NCBI GenBank assembly: GCA_035297265.1
Contig: DATGZH010000007.1
Span: 8,085 to 72,084 of the forward strand
Direction of reading: 5' to 3'
Source: Acidimicrobiales bacterium
GTDB taxonomy: Bacteria; Actinomycetota; Acidimicrobiia; Acidimicrobiales; RAAP-2
DNA length: 64,000 nt
Both the position numbers and the translations under genes were made by a program. Position 1 is the first letter of the stretch. Each line of letters opens with the position of its first letter. Of the stretch, positions 26,135 through 35,038 are shown piece by piece. A model generated the notes under the pieces. It was given only the letters and a program-made list of their open reading frames with translations, was not told the DNA's origin and made no database searches.

Positions 26135-26335
26135 TCCCCCCTTCGGCGCCCTGACCAGCATGAATGTAGCTGTACCTGCTGCTCCCCCTGGAGCCCAATC
26201 TCATGGAGCGACGGAGCCCTCCGGCCCTGACTCGCCCAGCAGCAGGTCAGGTCGGCCAGCGGGTCGGTGCGGCATCACCCCCGTGACGGTGGACTAGACA
26301 ACGACCGTTCGGGCGAGAGATCGAGGAGGCGCACG

Positions 26336-26620
26336 GTGCGAGGAGGCGGTCGGGTTCGCTCGTGGACATCGGCGCCGAGGCTGCGTGCAGCGTCGGGAGT
26401 GGTCCTGCTCTCAGTGGCTGCGGCCTGTTCGTCGTCAGGCTCAGCCAGCGGGACCTGGCCCCCGAGTGTGGTGTCGGCCGCGAAGAGTACGTGCATGCAA
26501 GGCGGCGGATCATCGAGTGGATGTGATTGCGTCGTGCATTACCTCGAGATGCACCAATGGAATGCATCGTCGTTCGAGCAGACGCTGGGTCAGGCGACGA
26601 GGCTTTGCTTCGGCGGGTGA
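26336..26620 (+). CDS. small putative lipoprotein, Cys-rich (hypothetical)
   Basis: GTG 26336 is preceded by GAGGAGG. It has a signal-like VVLLSVAAACSSSG and 4 further Cys in ~60 mature residues. It lies in a lower-GC spacer and no homology was recognised. Confidence 0.35.
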   Translation: MRGGGRVRSWTSAPRLRAASGVVLLSVAAACSSSGSASGTWPPSVVSAAKSTCMQGGGSSSGCDCVVHYLEMHQWNASSFEQTLGQATRLCFGG

Positions 26621-26836
26621 GGGCGATCGGACCGGTCAAGCCGACCGCCTCGGTTGGTTCGGATTGTTCGGCGCTGCTCCCTGTCGCAGCACGGCCGCTC
26701 CGCCGAAGGTGACGGCGGCGCCCCTGGCGGCGTCGGTGGTGTCGTGACGGGGCCGGGCTCTCGAGCCAGTCCTGGCGCGGCAGGGCCTCCATGGGGTAAG
26801 ATTGCAAAAGGCGTTTTCACTTGGCCGGACAGGCCC

Positions 26837-27961
26837 ATGCCCAAGCACACGGGAGGACACGTGGACGACGGGCTCATCTGGACGAATTCAGGCGACTCGC
26901 ACTGCATCGAGCCGCCCAACCTCTACCGGGACCGCATGCCGCCCGCCTACGCCGAGCGGATGCCCCGGTCCGAGTTCGTCGACGGGGACATCGTCACCCA
27001 CATCGACGGCAAGACCATCACGCGGCGGGCCCCCGGCGGGGCCAAGCTCGAGATGATCGAGGCCATCCGGGCCCAGGGTGGCAACGACAACAGCAAGCGC
27101 CTCGACGACCTCGACTCGCAGGGTGTCTGGGGTGAGGTGGTGTTCCCCTCCCTCGGCCTCTGGTACGGCGAGCTCGAGACCCCCGACGTGGCCAAGGCGG
27201 CGGCCGAGGTGCTGAACGACTGGGTGGCCGAGGAGATCATGTCCCTCTCCCCCCGGCTCGTCCCCTGCGCCACCCTGCCCCTGCAGTCGGTCGAGTACTC
27301 GCTCGGTGAGGTGGAGCGCTGCGTGGCCCTCGGCTACAAGGCCGTCTTCCTGCCGACCAAGCCCCCCGTGCAGCACGGCGAGTGGAACCGCCCGGTGTGG
27401 GAGCCCCTCTGGGAGCTCCTCGAAGGCACGGGCACGGTGCTCGCCTTCCACATCGGCACCGAGTCGGGCGAGCGGCCCCAGAAGTACCGGGGACCGGGCG
27501 GCTACATGCTCAACTACGTGAACACCACGTTCGGCGGCCAGATCGCCGTCGTCATGATGATCGCCTCGGGGGCCCTCGAGCGGCACCCCGACCTGAAGGT
27601 CCTCGTGTCCGAGGGCGGGGCCACCTGGGGGCCGTTCCTCGGCGACCGGATGAACGAGGCCCTCCGCCAGCACCACATGTTCGACGAGAAGAACCTCACG
27701 ATGCTCCCGAAGGAGTACCTCCTCCGCCAGGTCTACGCCTCGTTCCAGCACGACGAGACGGCGGTGCCGACGGTGACCGCCATGGGCTGGCAGAACGTCA
27801 TGTTCGGCAGCGACTACCCCCACCTTGAGGGCACGTTCCCCCACACCCAGAAGGTGCTGCACGAGCTCTTCGACGACGTCGACGAGGCGGTCAGCGAACG
27901 CATCAGGATCGGCGCCTTCCTCGACCTCTTCCCGCACGTCGGGCGGCCGCCGGCCGCCTGA
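26837..27961 (+). CDS. amidohydrolase-2 family protein
   Basis: 374 aa with N-terminal GDSHCIEPPNLY and C-terminal FGSDYPHLEG. The track start at 26654 is over-extended. Confidence 0.85.
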   Translation: MPKHTGGHVDDGLIWTNSGDSHCIEPPNLYRDRMPPAYAERMPRSEFVDGDIVTHIDGKTITRRAPGGAKLEMIEAIRAQGGNDNSKRLDDLDSQGVWGEVVFPSLGLWYGELETPDVAKAAAEVLNDWVAEEIMSLSPRLVPCATLPLQSVEYSLGEVERCVALGYKAVFLPTKPPVQHGEWNRPVWEPLWELLEGTGTVLAFHIGTESGERPQKYRGPGGYMLNYVNTTFGGQIAVVMMIASGALERHPDLKVLVSEGGATWGPFLGDRMNEALRQHHMFDEKNLTMLPKEYLLRQVYASFQHDETAVPTVTAMGWQNVMFGSDYPHLEGTFPHTQKVLHELFDDVDEAVSERIRIGAFLDLFPHVGRPPAA

Positions 27962-27971
27962 GCCCCCAGGG

Positions 27972-30293
27972 TCAGGACGACGCCCGGGCCTCGTCGATCG
28001 CCTCGAGCACGCGCGGGGGCGTGAGCGGCTGGTTGAGGAGCTCGACGCCGAGCGGCCGGAGGGCGTCGATCACCGCGTTGACGATGGCCGGCGGCGCGCC
28101 GATGGCCCCGCCTTCCCCCACCCCCTTGAAGCCGCCCGGGGTGAGGGCGGGCGTCTCGATGTGGCCGTACTCCACGTCGGGCGCCTCGCAGGCGGTGGGC
28201 AGGAGGTAGTCGAGGAAGGTGGTCGTGAGCGGGTTGCCGTCGTCGTCGTAGACGAACTCCTCGTAGAGCACGCCACCCACGCCCTGGACCACGCCCCCGG
28301 CCACCTGCCCCTCGACGATGTTGGGGTTGATCATCACCCCGCAGTCCTCACTCACCACATAGCGCAGGATCTCGACCGTGCCGAGGTCGGGGTCGACGGC
28401 CACCGTGACCACGTGGCAGGCGTTCGAGAAGGCGAACGGCGGGGCCGCGTAGCGCTGGGAGATGTCGAGGCCCGCCTCCATGCCCGGCGGCAGGCCGGCC
28501 GGGTTGTGGTAGGCGGTCTGGGCCACGTGCCTGAGGGTGACCGAGCTCGTCGGGTCGCCGGCCACCGAGATGACCCCGGCCGCGATGTCGAGGTCGTCGG
28601 GCGACGCCTCGAGCATGTGCCCGGCGATGGCCAGCACCTTCTCCCGGACGGCGAGCGAGGTCTCGAGGACCGCCGCGCCGAGCATCGGGCCGCTCCGGCT
28701 CCCGCCGGTCCCGAAGGCGAAGGGGGTCGACGCCGTGTCGCCCTGGTGGACGGCCACGTCGTCGGGGTCGATGCCGAGGTGCTCGGCCACGATCTGGGCG
28801 GTCGTCGTCTCGATGCCCTGGCCGTGGGCCCCCGAGCCGAGGTAGACGTCGACGTGGCCCTCGGGGGCCACCCGGATGTGGGCGGGCTCCGAGCCCATGG
28901 GCCCCATCCCGGGCTGCGGCTCGACGTAGAGCGCCAGGCCGACGCCGATGTAGCGGCCGTCGGCCGCCGCTGCCGCCTGGTCCTTGCGGAACTGCTCGTA
29001 GCCGATCATCTCGGCCGCCTGCTCGAGGGTCTCCTCGGGGGAGACCTCGGCCACCTCCATGCCGCTCGGCATGGTGTAGGGCAGCTCGCTGCGGTGGATG
29101 ACGTTGCGCCGGCGGAGCTCCAACGGATCGAGCCCCATGCGGTGGGCGAGGAGGTCCAACATCTGCTCGCGGGCGAGCGTCTCCATCTGCCACGGCCCCC
29201 GGTAGGCGCCGCGGGTGCAGGTGTTCGTGTAGACCGAGGTGGTCTTCCAGGCGAGCTTGCCCATCCGGTAGGGGCCGGAGAAGAGCATGGCCACGAAGGC
29301 CCCTGCCCCGCCCGAGCCGTAGAGGGGGTAGGCGCCGGCGTCGTCGAGGTGGTCGATGTAGGCCCCGAGGAGGTGGCCCTCCTCGTCGGCCGCGAGGGTT
29401 GCCGTCACGCGCTCGGTGCGGCTGTGGGTCGCCGCGGTCAGGTTCTCCCGGCGGTCCTCCACCCACTTGACCGGGCGGCCGAGGAGGTGGGCGGCGAGAA
29501 TCACGCACTGTTCGTCCCGGGGCAGGAAGGCCTTCTGCCCGAAGCCCCCGCCCACGTCGTCCATCACGACGTGCACCCAGTGCTCCGGGACGCCGGTGAT
29601 CTTGGCCGCGGCCGCCCGCACGTGGTGGGGGGCCTGGGTGGAGATGCGGATCTCGAGCTCGTTCGTGACCGGGCGCCAGTCGACGATGATGCCCCGGGGC
29701 TCCATCGGCACCGGGATGTAGCGGTGCTGGCGGATCGTGTCGGTCACCACGTGCGCCGCGGTGCGGAAGATCTCGGCCAGCTCGTCGTCGGCCGGTACCT
29801 CCATATGCACGCAGACGTTGTCTTCGAGCTCGGGGTGCACGAGATGGTCCGTGTCGCCGAGCGCCGCCTCGAAGTCGACCACCGCCGGCAGGGGCTCGTA
29901 GTCCACGTCGATGAGGTCGGCGGCGTCCTCGGCCAGGTAGCGGCTGCGGGCCACTACGAGGGCGATCGGGTCACCGACGTGGCGGACGTAGCCCACCGAG
30001 AGCGGTGTGAGCGGCCCCTTCTCGGCCGGCCCGGTGTGCATGTCGCCCTTGATGTGAGGGTTGAGGTCCTCCCCGGTGAAGACGGCCACCACCCCCTCGG
30101 CCTCCCGGGCCGCCGTGACGTCGATCGTGATGTTGGCCCGGGCCACGTCGCTGCGGAGAAAGTGGGCGTGCAGGAGCCCGGGCATCGTGACGTCGTCGAG
30201 GTACCGGCCCCGCCCGGTCAGGAGGCGCGGGTCCTCCTTGCGCTTGACGCGCTGGCCGATGACCCGGCCGATGGTGGCGGGTGCGGTCGTCAT
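27972..30293 (-). CDS. xanthine dehydrogenase-family molybdopterin-binding large subunit (CoxL-like, not a CO dehydrogenase signature)
   Basis: 773 aa with an N-terminal RVKRKEDPRLLTGRGRY, GGGFGQK and GAYRGP. ATG 30293 overlaps the small-subunit stop (ATGA). Confidence 0.9.
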   Translation of the reverse strand: MTTAPATIGRVIGQRVKRKEDPRLLTGRGRYLDDVTMPGLLHAHFLRSDVARANITIDVTAAREAEGVVAVFTGEDLNPHIKGDMHTGPAEKGPLTPLSVGYVRHVGDPIALVVARSRYLAEDAADLIDVDYEPLPAVVDFEAALGDTDHLVHPELEDNVCVHMEVPADDELAEIFRTAAHVVTDTIRQHRYIPVPMEPRGIIVDWRPVTNELEIRISTQAPHHVRAAAAKITGVPEHWVHVVMDDVGGGFGQKAFLPRDEQCVILAAHLLGRPVKWVEDRRENLTAATHSRTERVTATLAADEEGHLLGAYIDHLDDAGAYPLYGSGGAGAFVAMLFSGPYRMGKLAWKTTSVYTNTCTRGAYRGPWQMETLAREQMLDLLAHRMGLDPLELRRRNVIHRSELPYTMPSGMEVAEVSPEETLEQAAEMIGYEQFRKDQAAAAADGRYIGVGLALYVEPQPGMGPMGSEPAHIRVAPEGHVDVYLGSGAHGQGIETTTAQIVAEHLGIDPDDVAVHQGDTASTPFAFGTGGSRSGPMLGAAVLETSLAVREKVLAIAGHMLEASPDDLDIAAGVISVAGDPTSSVTLRHVAQTAYHNPAGLPPGMEAGLDISQRYAAPPFAFSNACHVVTVAVDPDLGTVEILRYVVSEDCGVMINPNIVEGQVAGGVVQGVGGVLYEEFVYDDDGNPLTTTFLDYLLPTACEAPDVEYGHIETPALTPGGFKGVGEGGAIGAPPAIVNAVIDALRPLGVELLNQPLTPPRVLEAIDEARASS

Positions 30294-30754
30294 GCCCCGG
30301 CCCCCGCGGCGGCCCGGACGGCCCGGACGATCCCCTGGTAGCCGGTGCAGCGGCACAGGTTGCCCGACAAGCCCTCCCGGATCTCGTCGTCGCTCGGGTG
30401 CGGGTGGTCCCGGAGGAAGGCCGTCACCGAGACGATGAAGCCCGGCGTGCAGAACCCGCACTGGAGGCCGTGGTGCTCACGGAAGGCCTCCTGCAACGGG
30501 TTGAGCGAGCCGTCGTTCGGCGAGAGCCCCTCGACTGTCACCACCTCGGACCCCTCGGCCTGCACGGCGAACATCAGACACGACCGCACGGCCTGCCCGT
30601 CCACGAGGACCGTGCAGGCCCCGCAGACGCCGTGCTCGCAGGCGAGGTGGGTGCCGGTCAGGGCGCAGTCCTCGCGCAGGAAGTCGGCCAGGGTCTTCCT
30701 CGCCTCCACCGAGCCCTTGTGCGTCTCGCCGTTGACCGAGACCTCGACGGTCAT
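30290..30754 (-). CDS. (2Fe-2S)-binding small subunit (CoxS-like)
   Basis: 154 aa with CEHGVCGACTV, CGFCTPG and CRCTGY cluster motifs. Confidence 0.9.
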   Translation of the reverse strand: MTVEVSVNGETHKGSVEARKTLADFLREDCALTGTHLACEHGVCGACTVLVDGQAVRSCLMFAVQAEGSEVVTVEGLSPNDGSLNPLQEAFREHHGLQCGFCTPGFIVSVTAFLRDHPHPSDDEIREGLSGNLCRCTGYQGIVRAVRAAAGAGA

Positions 30755-30755
30755 C

Positions 30756-31625
30756 TCATCCACGTCGGGCCTCCTCGAATGCCTGGCCCAGCGCCTGGGC
30801 CAGCAGATGGGCGCACACCCGCCGCCGGTAGCGGGCCGAGCCGTGCACGTCGTCGACCGGCTCGGTGGCCGCGGCCGCCCGCTCGGCCACCTCGACGAGG
30901 TCGGCGGCCGACGGCGCCGCACCGGCCAGGTCGGTCTCGGCCGACGAGGCCCGCAGCGGCACTGGCCCCATCCCGAGGAGGGCGACGCCGGCGTCGGCCA
31001 CCCGGTCGTCTCCGTCGAGCGAGAGGGTGCAGGCCGCCCCGGCCACCGCGAAGTCGCCGTGGCGCCGGGCGAGCTCCACGAGGGCGGCGCCGCTCCGGGG
31101 CTTGGCCGTCGGGAACCGCACGTCGACCAGCAGCTCGTCGGGCTCGACGGCGGTCGTCCACGTGCCCACGAACAGCTCGTCGGCCGGCACCGTGCGGCGG
31201 CCCGCCGAGCCGGCCACGGTGGCCTCGGCCCGCAGGGCGAGGACCACCGCCGGGAGCTCCGACGCCGGGTCGGCGTGGGCGATCGAGCCGCCGACCGTGC
31301 CCCGGTTGCGGATCTGGAAGTGCCCGATGAGGGGCACCGAACGGGCGAGCAGCGGCACGGTCCGGGCCACGTCGGCCGACCGCTCGACGGCGGCCTGGCG
31401 GGTCATCGCCCCGACCACGAGGGACCCGTTGGCCCTGATCCCCGCCAGCTCGGGCACGAAGTTGAGGTCGACGAGGTGCTCGAAGCGGGCCAGCCGAAGG
31501 GCCAGCATCGGGACCAGGCTCTGGCCCCCGGCGAGCACCTTGGCCTCGTCGCCGTGCTCGGCCAGCAGCGCCGTGACCTCGGCCACCGTCGACGGACGGT
31601 GGTAGGTGAACGGTGCGGGCTTCAC
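30756..31625 (-). CDS. FAD-binding medium subunit (CoxM-like)
   Basis: 289 aa with LAGGQSLVPML and NRGTVGGSIAHADP. GTG 31625 overlaps the P450 stop (GTGA). Confidence 0.85.
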   Translation of the reverse strand: MKPAPFTYHRPSTVAEVTALLAEHGDEAKVLAGGQSLVPMLALRLARFEHLVDLNFVPELAGIRANGSLVVGAMTRQAAVERSADVARTVPLLARSVPLIGHFQIRNRGTVGGSIAHADPASELPAVVLALRAEATVAGSAGRRTVPADELFVGTWTTAVEPDELLVDVRFPTAKPRSGAALVELARRHGDFAVAGAACTLSLDGDDRVADAGVALLGMGPVPLRASSAETDLAGAAPSAADLVEVAERAAAATEPVDDVHGSARYRRRVCAHLLAQALGQAFEEARRG

Positions 31626-32824
31626 CAGACGAGCTCGAGGTTCTCCACCGTCCGCAGGCCCGCGGTGTAGCGCAGCTCGATCCCCGGCTTCAGCTCGTAG
31701 TCGGGGATCCGGCGGTGCCACTCCCGCAGCGTCACCCGGAGCTCCCGCCGGGCCAGGTGGGACCCGAGGCACCGGTGCACGCCGCCGCCGAAGCCGAGGT
31801 GCCGGTTCTCCTCGCGCTCGAAGCGCACCTCGAAGGGGTCGTCGAACTCGGCCGGGTCGACGTTGGCCGCGCCAAGGGAGACCATGACCATGGTCCCGGC
31901 GCTGAACGGGCACCCGGCGAGCTCGCCGTCGCCGGTGGCCAGGCGCGGCACGCCGGGCACCGGGGTCTCCCAACGCAAGAGCTCCTCCACGGCCCGCGGG
32001 ATGACCGCGGGGTCCTCGACGATCTGCCGACGGTGGTCGGGGTGCTGGGCCAGGTAGGCGAAGAAACAGGTGAGCGAGTCGGTGACGGTGTCGAGCCCGG
32101 CGATGAGGAAGAGGAAGCAGATGTCGAGGATCTCCTCGCGGGTGAGCTTCACGCCGTCCATCTCAACCTGGAGGAACGACGTGAGGATGTCGTCCTCGGG
32201 GTGCTTCGCCCGTTCGTCGAGGATGGCGTTGAAGTAGTCGTAGATCTCGAGAGCCGTCTCGCGCTGGATACGGTCCCGCTCCGTCGGGTCGAAGATGCCG
32301 CCGCCCGGACGGAGGATCCCGTCCTTCAGGCGCAAGAACGTGTCGAGCTCCTCCCACGGCAGCCCCATCAGGCCGAGGAACACCGACGAGGGGAACGGCA
32401 CGGCCAGCTCCTCGGTGAAGTTGCAGCCGTCCCGGTCGGCGAAGGCGTCGATGAAGTGGTTCACCCGCGCCGCGATGTCGTCCTCGATGGCGTCCATCTT
32501 CTTCGGGGCGAACAGGGGGTCGAGGATCTTGCGGTACTTCAGATGGTCCGGCGGGTCCACGCTGAGTGGGATCATCGGCCGGGTGTTGCCCAGCATCACG
32601 AGGTCCTTGCTGGTGTAGGCCTCGGGGTGGCGGAGCACCTCGTCGGCCAGCGCCCGGCTGGCGGCGATCACGAACCCGTCGGTGGGCTTCACCACCCCGC
32701 CGGCCTCGAGCATGCCCTTGTACATGGGCTGGGGGTCGGCCAGGTCGAAGAGCTTCTGGAGCTCCTCCTCGTTGTCGAAGTAGGCCGCCGACGCCTCGGC
32801 TGGCTTCTCTTCGGGTTGGGCCAT
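31622..32824 (-). CDS. cytochrome P450
   Basis: 400 aa with AGLDT, EELLRWETP and FGGGVHRCLGSHLA. ATG 32824 is preceded by GGAAGGAAG. Track ORF 31622-33622 is over-extended. Confidence 0.9.
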   Translation of the reverse strand: MAQPEEKPAEASAAYFDNEEELQKLFDLADPQPMYKGMLEAGGVVKPTDGFVIAASRALADEVLRHPEAYTSKDLVMLGNTRPMIPLSVDPPDHLKYRKILDPLFAPKKMDAIEDDIAARVNHFIDAFADRDGCNFTEELAVPFPSSVFLGLMGLPWEELDTFLRLKDGILRPGGGIFDPTERDRIQRETALEIYDYFNAILDERAKHPEDDILTSFLQVEMDGVKLTREEILDICFLFLIAGLDTVTDSLTCFFAYLAQHPDHRRQIVEDPAVIPRAVEELLRWETPVPGVPRLATGDGELAGCPFSAGTMVMVSLGAANVDPAEFDDPFEVRFEREENRHLGFGGGVHRCLGSHLARRELRVTLREWHRRIPDYELKPGIELRYTAGLRTVENLELVW

Positions 32825-32901
32825 GGGGTCTTCCTTCCGCACGGGCGACGGGGTCGAGCCTATCGAGCGTTGGGTGGCCTGAGCCCATCCACCCGGGCAG
32901 C

Positions 32902-33603
32902 TCAGCCAGCGGCGAGGGGCGTCCCGTCGAAGGTCTCCTTCGTGGTGAAGGCGTCGACCGGGAGGCGCCGCAGCCTCGTCACCTCGCGGACCGGTCGACC
33001 CAAGGGGATCATGGTGGCCAGGGCGTGCTCCTCGGGGAGATGGAGCAGCTCGCGCAGCTCGGGCTCGCAACGGGAGAGCACCGAGGTGAGGTGCCCGCCG
33101 AGGCCCCGGTCGCGCGCCGCCAACAAGATGTTGTGGGCGAACGGGTAGACCGAAGCCGCCGCGGTCAGCGGGAGCCGTCCGAGCCCGGTGTCCACCGCCG
33201 AGACGTTGGCGAGGTCGAGGGTGATGACGAGGAGGACGGGCGCCCGCCGCAGGTGCTCGGGCGGGCCGCCGGCCAGGGGCACCTCCCGGGCCGCGGCCAG
33301 GTCGACGGGCTGCTCGGAGGGCCCTCCCGGCGGGTTGCGCCACGTGGCCTCGCTGGCCAGGAAGGGGACCAGCCCGGCCTGCAGGAAGGCCGCGTACTCG
33401 CGCATCCCGAGCTCGTAGAGCTCGGCCAGCCGGTCCTTGGTGGCCTGCTCGCGCACCACGATCACGTGCCAGGCCTGCCGGTTGGACCCGTTCGGAGCGA
33501 AGCGGGCGCCCTCGAGGATGGCGAAGACGACGTCGTCGGGTACCGGATCGTCGGTGAACTCCCGGGTCGCCGGCGTCGTACGCATGACGTCTCGCAGGTC
33601 CAT
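32902..33603 (-). CDS. nitroreductase family protein
   Basis: 233 aa with N-terminal TTPATREFTDDPVPDDVV...APNGSNRQAWHVIVV, typical of the FMN nitroreductase fold. Confidence 0.8.
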   Translation of the reverse strand: MDLRDVMRTTPATREFTDDPVPDDVVFAILEGARFAPNGSNRQAWHVIVVREQATKDRLAELYELGMREYAAFLQAGLVPFLASEATWRNPPGGPSEQPVDLAAAREVPLAGGPPEHLRRAPVLLVITLDLANVSAVDTGLGRLPLTAAASVYPFAHNILLAARDRGLGGHLTSVLSRCEPELRELLHLPEEHALATMIPLGRPVREVTRLRRLPVDAFTTKETFDGTPLAAG

Positions 33604-33650
33604 GGGCTCTTCGCTCCTTCATCCTCGTGGGACGGCGGGCTGTGGAACGC

Positions 33651-35036
33651 TCAGCGGAGCGGGGGCCAGGTGCGCTCGGTCAGCTGGCCGGAGGCCTCCC
33701 GCATGAGGTAGTCGTCGCGACGGACTTGGCGCCAGAGGTAGCCGACGTAGACCTCCTGGTCCACCTGGCCTTCACGGTAGGCGAGGGCGAGCTCCCGCCG
33801 CCCCTCGGCGACGTCGGTCGGCCACCGTCCGAGGAGCCTGGCGGCGTCCTCGCGCTCGGCTTCGGCCAAGCGACGCCCCGAACGGTCCAGCTCCTTCAGG
33901 TACTTGAGCACCCGGACCACACCCTTCGACCACTGCAACGCCAGCGGGTCCTCCTCCCGGGCGGTGATGGCCCGGAGCATGCCGAGGCCGCCGTCGTAGA
34001 GCTGGTGCCACTCCTCGGCCGGTGGTGGGTCGGGGAGATCGAGCTCTGGCGCGGCGACGCCGGTCAGGTGCCCGAGGGCCTCGAGGGTGAGCCGGCGGTG
34101 GAGCATCGAATAGATGAGACGGTTGCCGAGGTCGCGCCCCTCCCATCCCGATCCGCTAGCCGGAACGGTCGACCCGCCCGAACCGTTGGAGGCGAGCCGG
34201 ACCTCGGCGAGCAGCCGGTAGTACCAAACCCGGTCCTCGTCGACCACGTGGCCCGAGAGCGCCTCGTACTCGGCCAACCGGTCCGGCAGGTGGGTGAACG
34301 TATCCTGCACGGTGCGCAGCGACAGCCAAGCGACGTCGTCCATCGGGTCGCCGAAGTGGGCGAGCTCCCAGTCGACGACGGCGGTCACCTTGCCGTCCTC
34401 GTACATGAAGTTGCCGGGCCCGGTGTCGCCCTGCACGACGACGACGGGGGACTCGTAGGCGGGCATGTGCCGGTCCAACCAGTCGAGTGAGATCTCGAGG
34501 AGAGGGTCGATCGAGCGGTCGGCCGGCGCGGCCCTTCCTCGGATCACCTGGAGCTCGGCTTCGAGGTGCTCACGGGCGGTGCGGACCGGTCCGAGGCTCG
34601 GCAGATGGAGCGCGGTCGGGTCGAGCCGGTGGAGGGCGGCGAGGCAGGTCACGAAGTCCTGCGCCACCCGCACTTGCTCGTCGGGATCGGCGATCCGGTA
34701 GAACCACGTCGCCCCGCCTACCCGTTCCTCCAGGATGGCCTCGACCTCGGGGTGCACCGCCAGCACGCCCGGCACACGCACGTCGGTCCCGCCGAGGGCC
34801 GCCATGATCTCGCCCTCGACCCGGAGCGAGTGGAAGATGCTGTCCTTCGGCGTGGGGACCCGGCTGTAGCGCAAGAAGAGCTCGCGCCGCGTCCCGTCGG
34901 GCAGTTCGACGTCGACGAACCAGGCCTCCCGGCTGGCCCCGCCGGGCACCCGGTCGGCCCTGGTCACCCGGCCGCCGCCCACCTCCCTCATCCAGCCGAC
35001 GACGACGTCGGGGAGGGCGAGGGCGGCGTCGGCCAC
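33651..35036 (-). CDS. phosphotransferase (APH / choline-kinase-like) family protein
   Basis: 461 aa with the catalytic loop VVVQGDTGPGNFMY and VVDWELAHFGDPMDD. GTG 35036 lies 2 nt after the ACAD stop. Confidence 0.8.
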   Translation of the reverse strand: MADAALALPDVVVGWMREVGGGRVTRADRVPGGASREAWFVDVELPDGTRRELFLRYSRVPTPKDSIFHSLRVEGEIMAALGGTDVRVPGVLAVHPEVEAILEERVGGATWFYRIADPDEQVRVAQDFVTCLAALHRLDPTALHLPSLGPVRTAREHLEAELQVIRGRAAPADRSIDPLLEISLDWLDRHMPAYESPVVVVQGDTGPGNFMYEDGKVTAVVDWELAHFGDPMDDVAWLSLRTVQDTFTHLPDRLAEYEALSGHVVDEDRVWYYRLLAEVRLASNGSGGSTVPASGSGWEGRDLGNRLIYSMLHRRLTLEALGHLTGVAAPELDLPDPPPAEEWHQLYDGGLGMLRAITAREEDPLALQWSKGVVRVLKYLKELDRSGRRLAEAEREDAARLLGRWPTDVAEGRRELALAYREGQVDQEVYVGYLWRQVRRDDYLMREASGQLTERTWPPLR

Positions 35037-35038
35037 GG

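Noticed and set aside
26175-26246. 9-bp inverted repeat CCTGCTGCT / AGCAGCAGG separated by about 54 nt downstream of the DUF2889 gene.
   Set aside because: It is short and GC-rich, with no supporting internal structure or U tract. It could be chance, so it was not called as a terminator or RNA.
26247-26807. 186-aa minus-strand ORF across the lower-GC spacer.
   Set aside because: Its composition is Arg/Ser/Pro-rich and it has no RBS or motif. The plus-strand 94-aa frame, with an RBS and a signal-like segment, is the more plausible coding frame, though still uncertain.
27972-31625. CoxMSL-like genes as a genuine aerobic carbon-monoxide dehydrogenase.
   Set aside because: The large subunit reads GAYRGP where I expected the form I (AYxCSFR) or form II (AYRGAGR) active-site loop, as I recall those signatures. 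No coxDEFG accessory genes are present. The call is therefore a generic XDH-family hydroxylase.
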